Made by a program: the position numbers and the translations under genes. Of a DNA stretch of 64,000 bases, positions 1-11,277 are shown piece after piece. The notes below the pieces were generated by a model, which saw only the letters and a list, made by a program, of their open reading frames with translations, had not been told where the DNA came from and ran no database searches. The stretch is from Somniosus microcephalus (lineage: Eukaryota): the NCBI GenBank assembly GCA_052327205.1, contig CM126207.1, positions 183,334,001 to 183,398,000 on the forward strand, in the 5' to 3' direction. Numbering within the stretch: position 1 is the first letter of the stretch; each line of letters begins with the position of its first letter.

Positions 1-3000
1 GAGACCATTCTGTATAGAGACAGCCCGGTATAGGGACCGCCCGGTATAGACACCACTCGTTATAAAGACTGCCTGGTATAGAGATTGCCCAGTATAGAGA
101 CAGCACATAGTGGAGACCGCCCGGTATAGAGACCGCCCGTTATAAACCCCCATTCTAGACCGTCCTGTAAAGAGTTTGCTGGTATATTGAACACCCGGTA
201 TAGAGATCACCTGGTACAGAGACCATCCAGTATATAGACCACCCGGTGTGGTGACCGCCCGGTATAGTGACTGCTTTGAGCAGAGACAGCCCGGTATTGA
301 GACTGTCCAGCATGGAAACCATCCAGAACAGAGACTGCCCAGTATAAAGACCGCAAGATATAGACATCGCCCGATATAGAGAATGCTCGGTATACAAACC
401 GTGTGGTATAGAGTCCTCCCAGTGTAGAGTTCTACCAGTGTGGAATCCTCCTGGTGTGGAGTCCTCCCGGTGTGGAGTTCTCCCAGTGTGGAGCCCTCTC
501 GGTGTGGAGCCCTCCCGGTGTGGAGCCCTCCCGCTTTGATGCCCTCCCAGTGTGGAGTCCTCCCGGTATAGAGACCGTCTGGTACGGAAACCGCCAGTAT
601 ATAGATCCCCGATATAGAGATCATCCCGTATAGAGATCGCCGGTATATAGACCGCCCGGTATAGAGACAGCCCAGTGTGGTGACCGCCCGGTATAGAGAC
701 CGCCCGGTGTGGAGACTTTAGACTATAGAGACAGCCTGGTATAGCAACCGCATGGTAAAGAGACTGCCTGGTTTAGAGACCACCTGATGTGGTGACCACC
801 CGGTATAGTGACCGCTTTGTGTAGAGACAGCTCGGTATCGAGACTGTCCAGTATAGAAACAGTCCGGAATAGAGACCACCCAGTATAGAGACCGCATGGT
901 ATAGACATCGCCCGATATAGAGTCCTCCCGGTATAGAGTCCTCCCGGTATAGAGTCCGCCCAGTATGGAGACCACCCGGTATAGAGCCTGCCCAGTATAG
1001 AGACTGCCCAGTAAAGAGACCGTCCGGTATAGAGACAGCCCAGTTTAGGGACCCCCCAATATAGAGACTGTCCGGTATATAGAGCGCCTGGTATAAAGAC
1101 CGCCCGGTATAGAGACAGCTCGGTGTGGAGACCGTCCAGGACAGAGACTGCCCGGTATAATGACCGCCCAGTATAGAGAGCATCCGGTGAGGAGACCACC
1201 CGATATAGAGGCCGTCCTGTATAGAGAACACCCGGTATAGAGAACCTCCATTATAGAGACCACCCGGTATAGTGACCATCCGGTATAGTTACTGCCCAGT
1301 GCAGAGACTGCTCGGTATACAATACGCCCAGTATAAAGACCACCTGTTATAAAGACCAATCGGTGTGGAGAGCGGCCAGTATAGAGACTGCCCGGTATAA
1401 AGACCACCCGATATAGAGACCGCCTGGTATAGAGACCATCCGGTATATGACTGCACAGTGCAGGGACTGCCTGGTATACAGAAAGCCCGTTATAAAGACT
1501 GCCCGGTAAAGAGACCGCCCAGTATAAAGGCCGCACAGTATAGATACCATTCTATATCGAAACTGCCAGAGTGGAGCCCATCTGGTATCGAGACCGCCCA
1601 ATATAGAGACCACCCGGCATAGAGACCGCCTGGTGTGGAGACCGCCCATTATAGAGACTGCCCGGTATAGACACCGACCGATATGTACAAAATCCGATAT
1701 AGAGACAGTCCGGTATTCACACCACATGGTATAGGGACCACCCGGTGTGGGGACTGCCTGGTATAGAGAACGCCCAGTATAGAGACCACCCGGTAAAGAG
1801 ACCGCAGAGTATAGAGACCACCTGGTGTGGGGCCGCCCGGTATAGAGACTGCCCGGTGTGGAGACCACCCAGTGTGGAGACCAACCGGTGTGGAGACTGC
1901 CCGGTGTGGAGACCACCCGGTATGGAGCCCTCCTGCTGTGGAGCCCTCCCAGTGTGGAGTCCTCCCGGTATAGAGACTGTCTGGTATGGAGACCACCCAG
2001 TATATAGATCACCGATATAGAGATCGTCCCGTATAGAGATCGCCGGTATATAGATCGCCCGGTATAGAGACAGCCCGGTGTGGTGACCGCCCGGTATAGA
2101 GACTGTCCAGTATAGAAACGGCCTGGAATAGAGACCGCCCAGTTTAGAGGCCGCACGGAATAGTCATCACCCGATATAGAGAATGCCCGGTATAGAAACT
2201 GCGGGGTATAGAGACAGTCCAGTATAGGAACAGTCCAGAATAGAGAGCGCCCGGTATAGAGAGCGACTGGTATAGAGACCACTCATGAGGAGCCCACCCG
2301 GAATAGAGACAGTCCGGTATAGAGACCATCCGGTATGGAAACCGCCCGGTGTGGAGACCGTCCGGTATAGAGACCACCCATTATAGAGACTGCCCGGTAA
2401 AGAGACTGTACGGTATAGAGACAGCCCGGTATAGGGACCCCCCGATATAGAGACCACCTGGTATATAGATCGCCTGGTAGAGAGACAGCTCAGTGTGGAG
2501 GCCGCCCAGTATAAAGACCACCCAATATAGAGAGCATCTGGTGAGGAGCTAGCCCGACATAGAGACCATCCTGTATAAAGAACACCCAGTAAAGAGAATG
2601 TCTGGTATAGAGACCACCCGGTATAGTGACCATCCGGTATAGTGACTGCCAGTGCAGAGACTGCCCGGTATAGAGACCGTCCTGTATAGTGACTGCCCGG
2701 TGCAGAGAATGCCCGGTATACAGTACACCCGGTATAAAGACCACCCGGTATAGAGACCAATCAGTGTGGAGACCACCCAGTATAAAGACCACCCAGTATA
2801 GAGACCTTCCTGTATAGAAACCGCCCGGTGTGGAGACCGTCCGGTATAGAGCCCACCCTGTATAGAGTCTGCCCGGTATAGAGACCACCCGGTATAGTGA
2901 CCGCCCGGTATAGTGACTGCCGGTGCAGAGACTGCCCAGTATAGAGACCTTCCTGTATAGAAACTGCCCTGTGTGGAGACTGTCCGGTATAGAGACCACC

Positions 3001-6000
3001 CAGTATAGAGACTGCCTGGTATGGAGACCATTCTGTATAGAGACAGCCCGGTATATGGACCGCCCGGTATAGACACCGCTCGTTATAAAGACTGCCCGGT
3101 ATAGAGATTGCCCAGTATAGAGACAGCACATAGTGGAGACCGCCCGGTATAGAGACCGCCCGTTATAAACCCCCATTATAGACCGTCCTGTAAAGAGTTC
3201 GCTGGTATATTGAACACCCGGTATAGAGATCACCTGGTACAAAGACCATCCAGTATATAGATCACCCGGTGTGGTGACCGCCCGGTATAGTGACTGCTTT
3301 GAGCAGAGACAGCCCGGTATCGAGACTGTCCAGCATGGAAACCATCCAGAACAGAGACTGCCCAGTATAAAGACAGCAAGATATAGACATCGCCCGATAT
3401 AGAGAATGCTCGGTATACAAACCGTGTGGTATAGAGTCCTCCCGGTGTAGAGTCCTACCAGTGTGGAATCCTCCTGGTGTGGAGTCCTCCCGGTGTGGAG
3501 TTCTCCCGGTGTGGAGCCCTCTCGGTGTGGAGCCCTCCCGGTGTGGAGCCCTCCCGCTTTGGAGCCCTCCCAGTGTGGAGTCCTCCCAGTATAGAGACCG
3601 TCTGGTATGGAAACCGCCAGTATATAGATCCCCGATATAGAGATCATCCCGTATAGAGATCGCCGGTATATAGACCGCCCGGTATAGAGACAGCCCAGTG
3701 TGGTGACCGCCCGGTATAGAGACCGCCCGGTGTGGAGACTTTAGACTATAGAGACAGCCCGGTATAGCAACCGCATGGTAAAGAGACTGCCTGGTTTAGA
3801 GACCACCTGTTGTGGTGACCACCCGGCATAGTGACCGCTTTGTGTAGAGACAGCTCGGTATCGAGACTGTCCAGTATAGAAACAGTCCGGAATAGAGACC
3901 ACCCAGTATAGAGACCGCATGGTATAGACATCGCCCGATATAGAGTCCTCCCGGTGTAGAGTCCTCCCGGTATAGAGTCCTCCCGGTATAGAGTCCGCCC
4001 AGTATGGAGACCACCCAGTATAGAGCCTGCCCAGTATAGAGAGCATCCGGTGAGGAGACCGCCCAATATAGAGGCCGTCCTGTATAGAGAACACCCAGTA
4101 TAGAGAACCTCCATTATAGAGACCACCCGGTATAGTGACCATCCGGTATAGTTACTGCCCAGTGCAGAGACTGCTCGGTATACAATACGCCCAGTATAAA
4201 GACCACCTGTTATAAAGGCCAATCGGTGTGGAGAGCGGCCAGTATAGAGACCGCCCGGTATAAAGACCACCCGATATAGAGACCGCCTGGTATAGAGACC
4301 ATCCGGTATATGACTGCACAGTGCAGGGACTGCCTGGTATACAGAAAGCCCGTTATAAAGACCGCCCGGTAAAGAGACCGCCCAGTATAAAGATCGCACA
4401 GTATAGATACCATTCTATATCGAAACTGCCAGAGTGGAGCCCATCTGGTATCGAGACCGCCCAATATAGAGACCACACGGCATAGAGACCGCCTGGTGTG
4501 GAGACCGCCCATTATAGAGACTGCCCGGTATAGACACCGACCGATATGTACACAATCCGATATAGAGACAGTCCGGTATTTACACCACATGGTATAGGGA
4601 CCACCCGGTGTGGGGACTGCCTGGTATAGAGAACGCCCTGTATAGAGACCACCCGATAAAGAGACCACAGAGTATAGAGACCACCTGGTATGGGGCCGCC
4701 CGGTATAGAGACTGCCCGGTGTGGAGACCACCCGGTGTGGAGACCAACCGGTGTGGAGACTGCCCGGTGTGGAGACCGCCCGGTGTGGAGACTGCCCGCT
4801 CCAGAGACTGTCCGGTATACAGACCACCCGGTATACAGACCAGCTGGTATAGAGGCTATCCAGTGTAGGGGCCACACGGTATGGAGACCACACGGTATAG
4901 AGACCACAAGGTATAGAGACCATCCAGTATAGAGGCCGCCCGGTATAGAGAACACCTGGTATAGAGACCATCCAGTATAGAGACCACCCGGTGTGGAGAC
5001 TTTCCACTATAGAGACTGCCCAGTATAGAGACTGCATGGTAAAGAGACAGCCTTGTTTAGAGACCGCCTGGTGTGGAGACTGTCCGGTATTCAGACTGCC
5101 CAGTATAGAAACCACCCGGTATAGAGACCGCCTGGTGTGCTGACCGCTTGGTGTAGAGACAGCCCAGTATCCAGAGTGTCCAGTATAGAAACAGTCCGGA
5201 ATAGAGACCGCCCAGTTTAGAGACCACACGATATAGACATCGCCCGATATAGAGAACGCCCAGTATAGAAACCACGTGGTATGGAGACAGTCCGGTATAG
5301 AGAGCTCCCGGTATAGAGTCCGCCCGGTATATAGACCGCCCGGTATAGAGACTGTCCAGTATAGAAACAGTCCAGAATAGAGAGCGCCCGGTATAGAGAG
5401 CGTCTGGTATAGAGACCACTCATGAGGTGTCCACCCGGTATAGAGACCATCTGGTATAGAGACCATCAGGTATGGAAACCGCCCGGTGTGGAGGCAGTCC
5501 AGTATAGAGACCACCCATTATAGAGACTGCCCGGTAAAGAGACCGTACGGTATAGAGATCATCCGGTATGGAAACCGCCCGGTGTGGAGACAGTCTGGTA
5601 TAGAGCCCACCCATTATAGAGACTGCCCGGTAAAGAGGCCGTATGGTATAGAGACAGCCCGGTATAGAGACCCCCCGATATAGAGACCATCCGGTATATA
5701 GATCGCCTGGTATAAAGATCGCCCGGTATAGAGACAGCTCGGTGTGGAGGCCGCCCAGTATAAAGACCGCCCAGTATAGAGAGCATCCGGTGAGGAGACA
5801 GCCCGATGTAGAGACCGTCCTGTATAGAGAACACCCGGTAAAGAGAACGTCTGGTATAGAGACCACCCGGTATAGTGACTGTCCGGTATAGTGACTGCCA
5901 GTGCAGAGACTGCCCGGTATAGAGACTGTCCTGTATCGTGACTGCCCGGTTCAGAGACTGCCCGGTATACAGTACACCCGGTATAAAGACCACCCGGTAT

Positions 6001-9000
6001 AGAGACCAATCAGTGTGGAGACAGCCCAGAATAGAGACAGCCCAGCATAAAGACTACCCGGGATAGAGAGCTTCCTGTATAGAAACTGCCCGGTGTGGAG
6101 ACCGTCTGGTATAGAGACCACCCTGTATAGAGACTGCCTGGTATAGAGACCACCCGGTATAGTGACTGTCCGGTATAATGACTACCAGTGCAGAGACTGC
6201 CCGGTATAGAGACCGTCCTGTATAGAAATTGCCCGGTGTGGAGACCGTCCGGTATAGAGACCACCCAGTATAGAGACTGCCTGTTATGGAGACCATTCTG
6301 TATAGAGACAGCCCGGTATAGGGACCACCCGGTATAGACACCGCTCGTTATAGAGACTGCCCGGTATAGAAATTACCCAGTATAGAGGCAGCACGTAGTG
6401 GCGACCACCCTGTATAGAGACCGCCCGTTATAAACCCCCATTATAGAGACCGTCCTGTAAAGAGTTCACTTGGTATATAGACCACCCGCTTTAGAGACCA
6501 CCTGGTATAGAGACCATCCAGTATAGAGACCGCCCAGTGTAGTGACCACCCGGTATAGTGACGGCTTTGAGCAGAGACAGCCCGGTATCGAGATTGTCCA
6601 GCATGGAAACCATCCAGAATAGACACTGCCCAGTATAGAGACCGCACAGTATAGACATCGCCCGATATAGAGAATGCCCGGTATACAAACTGCGTGGTAT
6701 AGAGTCCTCCCTGTGTAGAGCCCTCCGGGTGTGGAATCCTCCCGGTGTGGAGTCTTCCTGGTGTGGAGTCCTCTCGGTGTGCATCCCTCCCGGTGTGGAG
6801 CACTCCCGGTGTGGAGCCCTCCCGCTGTGGAGCCCTCCCAGTGTGGAGTTCTCCCGGTATAGAGACCGTCTGGTATGGAGACCGCCCAGTATATAGATCC
6901 CCGATATAGAGATCGTCCCGTATAGAGATCGCCGGTATATGGACCGCCCGGTATAGAGACAGCCCGGTGTGGTGACCGCCTGGTATAGAGACTGTCCAGT
7001 ATAGAAACGGCCTGGAATAGAGACCGCCCAGTTTAGAGACCACACTGAATCGACATCACCCAACATAGAGAATGCCCGGTATAGAAACTGCGGGGTATAG
7101 AGACAGTCCAGTATAGTAACAGTCCAGAATAGAGAGCGCCCGGTATAGAGAGCGACTGGTATAGAGACCACTCATGAGGAGTCCACCCAGAATAGAGAAC
7201 GTCCGGTATAGAGACCATCTGGTATGGAAACCGCCCGGTGTGGAGACCGTCCGGTATAGAGACCACCCATTATAGAGACTGCCCGGTAAAGAGACTGTAC
7301 GGTATAGAGACAGCCCGGTATAGGGACACCCCGATATAGAGACCATCCGGTATATAGATCGCCTGGTAGAGAGACAGCTTGGTGTGGAGATCGCCCAGTA
7401 TAAAGACCGCCCAATATAGAGAGCATCCGGTGAGGAGCTAGCCCGACATAGAGACCATCCTGTATAAAGAACACCCGGTAAAGAGAATGTCTGGTATAGA
7501 GACCACCCGGTATAGTGACCGTCCGGTATAGTGACTGCCGGTGCAGAGACTGCCCGGTATAGAGACCGTCCTGTATAGTGACTGCCTGGTGCAGAGACTG
7601 CCCGGTATACAGTATGCCCGGTATAAAGACCACCCGGTATAGAGACCACCCTGTATAGAGACTGCCCGGTATAGAGACAACCCGGTATAGTGACCATCCG
7701 GTATAGTGACTGCTGGTGCAGAGACTGCCTGGTATAGAGACCTTCCTGTATAGAAACTGCCCGGTGTGGAGACTGTCCGGTATAGAGACCACCCAGTATA
7801 GAGACTGCCTGGTAAGGAGACCATTCTTTATAGAGACAGCCCGGTATAGGGACCGCCCGGTATAGTCACCACTCGTTATAGAGATTGCCCAGTATCGAGA
7901 CAGCACGTAGTGGAGACCGCCCGGTATAGAGACCGCCCGTTATAAACCCCCATTATAGAGACCGTCCTGTAAAGAGTTCACCAGTATATTGACCACCCGG
8001 TATAGAGACCACCTGGTAAAGAGACCATCCAGCATATAGACCGCCCGGTGTGGTGACCACCCAGTATAGTGACCGCTTTGAGCAGAGACAGCCCGGTATC
8101 GAGACTGTCCAGCATGGAAACCATCCAGAATAGAGACTGCCCAGTATAGAGACTGCAAGATATAGACATCGCCCGATATAGAGAATGCTCAGTATACAAA
8201 CCGTGTGGTATAGAGCCCTCCCGGTGTAGAGTCCTCCCAGTGTGGAATCCTCCTGGTGTGGAGTCCTCCCGGTGTGGAGTCCTCCTGGTGTGGAGCCCTC
8301 TCGGTGTGGAGCCCTCCCGGTGTGGAGCCCTCCTGCTGTGGAGCCCTCCCAGTGTGGAGTCCTCCCGGTATAGAGACCATCTGGTATGGAAACCGCCAGT
8401 ATATAGATCCCCGATATAGAGATCGTCCTGTATAGAGATCACCGGTATATAGACCGCCCGGTATAGAGACAGCCCGGTGTGGTGACCGCCCGGTATAGAG
8501 ACCGCCCGGTGTGGAGACTTTCCACTGTAGAGACAGCCCGGTTTAGCAACCGCATGGTAAAGAGACTGCCTGGTTTAGAGACCACCTGGTGTGGTGACCG
8601 CCCGGTATAGTGGCCGCTTTTTGTAGAGACAGCTCGGTATCGAGACTGTCCAGTATAGAAACAGTCCGGAATAGAGACCACCCAGCATAGAGACCGCATG
8701 TTATAGACATCGCCCGATATAGAATGCTCCCGGTATAGAGTCCTCCCGGTATAGAGTCCTCCCGGTATAGAGTCCGCCCAGTATAGAGACCGCACGGTAT
8801 AGAGCCTGCCCAGTATAGAGACTGCCCAGTAAAGAAACCATCCAGTATAGAGACAGCCCGGTTTAGGGACCCCCGATATAGAGACCGTCCAGTATATAGA
8901 GCGCCTGGTATAAAGACCGCCCGGTATAGAGATAGCTCGGTGTGGAGACCGCCCAGGACTGAGACTGCCCGGTATAAAGACCGCCCAGTATAGAGAGCAT

Positions 9001-10429
9001 CCGGTGAGGAGACCGCCCGATATAGAGACCATCCTGTATGGAGAGCACACGGTATAGAGACCGCCCGTTATAGAGCCCACCCGGTATAGTAATCATCTGG
9101 TATAGTGACTGCCTGGTGCAGAGACTGCTCTGTATACAGTACGCCCAGTATAAAGACCACCCGTCATAAAGACCAATCGGTGTGGAGACCGGCCAGTATA
9201 GAGACCACCCGGTATAAAGACCACCAGATATACAGACCGCCTGGTATAGAGACCATCCGGTATAGTGACTGCACAGTGCAGGGACTGCCCAGTATACAGA
9301 TGGCCCGTTATAAAGACCACCCGGTATAGAGGCCGCCCAGTATAAAGACGGCACGGTATAGACACCATTCTATCTAGAAACTGCTGGAGTGGAGCCCATC
9401 TGGTATAGAGACAACCCAATATAGTGACCACTCGGCATAGAGACGGCCAGGTGTGGAGACCACCCGGTATAGAGACTGCACGGTATAGAGACCGACCGAT
9501 ATGTACACAATCCGGTATAGAGACAGTCCGGTATAGACACCAAATGGTATAGGGATCGCCCGGTGTAGAGACTGCCTGGTATAGAGACCACGCAGTATAG
9601 AGACCACCCAGTATAGAGACCGCACAGTATAGAGGCCACCTGGTATGGGGCCGCCCGGTATAGAGACCGCCCGGTGTGGAGACCGCCCGGTGTGGAGACC
9701 ACCCGCTGTGGAGACTGCCCGGTGTGGAGACAGCCCGGTGTGGAGACCGACCGCTCCAGAGACCGTCCGCTATACAGACCACCCGGTATACAGACCACCT
9801 GGTATAGAGACTATCCAGTATAGAGGCCACACGGTATTGAGTCCACATGGTATAGAGACCACACGGTATAGAGAACATCCAGTATAGAGGCCGTCCGTTA
9901 TAGAGAACACCTGGTATAGAGACCATCCGGTATAGAGTCCGCCCGGTGTGGAGGCTTTCCACTATAGAGACCACCCGGTATAGAGACTGCATGGTAAAGA
10001 GACAGCCTGGTTTAGAGATCGCCCGGTGCGGAGACTTTCCGGTATTCAGACTGCCCAGTATAGAAACCACCCAGTATAGAGACCGCCTGGTGTGCTGACT
10101 GCCCGATATAGAGACAGCTTGGTGTAGAGACAGCCCAGTATCGATACTGTCCAGTATAGAAACAGTCCGGAATAGAGACCGCCCAGTTTAGAGACCGCAC
10201 GGTATAGACATCGCCCGATATAGAGAACGCTCGGTATAGAAACCGCGTGGTATAGAGACAGACCGGTATAGAGAGCTCCCGGTATAGAGCCCGCCCGGTA
10301 TAGAGACCGCCCGGTATACAGACTGTCCAGTATAGAAACAGTCCAGAATAGAGAGCGCCCGTTATAGAGAGTGACTGGTATAGAGACCACTCATGAGGAG
10401 TCCACCCGGTATAGAGACTGTCCGGTATA
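1..10429. repeat. 16-bp tandem satellite array (GGTATAGAGACCGCCC / GGTGTGGAGACCGCCC), segment left of the LINE; continues beyond the window start
   Basis: Continuous 16-bp periodicity of TATAGAGAC/TGTGGAGAC cores with point variants and occasional indels; no unique sequence. Confidence 0.98.
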
Positions 10430-11239
10430 CTGCGACACATCAGGGAGGGGGAGAAGTTCCTGGACTCTATGTTTCAGGAGATGGTCACACCTATGAAGTT
10501 AATTACTGCAGATGTAGTCCGTGGGCAGGGACAGGACGGTGTGACTACGAGTGAGGAAGGTACAGGGATCCAGGATGTAGTGTTGAAGGAGACGCAGCCC
10601 TTGTTCTTGTCCAGCAGGATCGAGGTTCTTACTCCCTGTGAGGGCGGGAGCGGGGACTGCAGGGAGGATGAGCAACCTGGCCACAGCACCGTGGTACAGG
10701 GGGCCATTCAAGTGGAGGGAGTAAAAAGAAATGTTGTAGTGGTAGGGGATAGTATCATTAGGGGGATAGATAGGGTTCTCTGCAGTCAAGAGCGGGAGTC
10801 CCGAAGGCTGTGTTGCCTGCCTGGTGCCAGGGTTAAGGACATCTCTTCTGGGCTGGAAAGAAACTTGCAGTGGGAGGGGGAGGATCCAGTTGTCGTGGTC
10901 CATGTTGGTACAAACGACGTAGATAGGACAAGGAAGACGGTTCTGTTAAAGGAGTATGAGCAGCTAGGGGTCAAATTAAAAAACAGAACCTCAAGGGTAA
11001 TAATCTCTGGGTTATTACCTGAGCCACGAGCGAATTTGGCTAGGATAAATAAAATTAAAGAGTTAAATGCGTGGCTCAAAGACTGGTGTGGGAGAAATGG
11101 GTTTTGCTTCTTGGGACACTGGCACCAGTACTGGGACAGGAGGGAGCTGTTCTGTTGGGACGGACTCCACTTGGCCAGTGCTGGGACTAGAGTCCTGGCG
11201 AATCATATAACTAGGGCTGTAGAGAGGGCTTTAAACTAA
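10430..11239 (+). CDS. CR1 ORF1 C-terminal part, SGNH/GDSL esterase-like domain (N-terminus lost)
   Basis: Frame is open from the junction (LRHIREGEKFLDSM...). Motifs VVVGDSIIRG, CLPGARV, VHVGTND and WDGLH match SGNH blocks known in CR1 ORF1p. Confidence 0.9.
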   Translation: MRHIREGEKFLDSMFQEMVTPMKLITADVVRGQGQDGVTTSEEGTGIQDVVLKETQPLFLSSRIEVLTPCEGGSGDCREDEQPGHSTVVQGAIQVEGVKRNVVVVGDSIIRGIDRVLCSQERESRRLCCLPGARVKDISSGLERNLQWEGEDPVVVVHVGTNDVDRTRKTVLLKEYEQLGVKLKNRTSRVIISGLLPEPRANLARINKIKELNAWLKDWCGRNGFCFLGHWHQYWDRRELFCWDGLHLASAGTRVLANHITRAVERALN

Positions 11240-11277
11240 TTAGTGGGGGGGAGGTTTCTAGAGAGCAAATAATAGAA

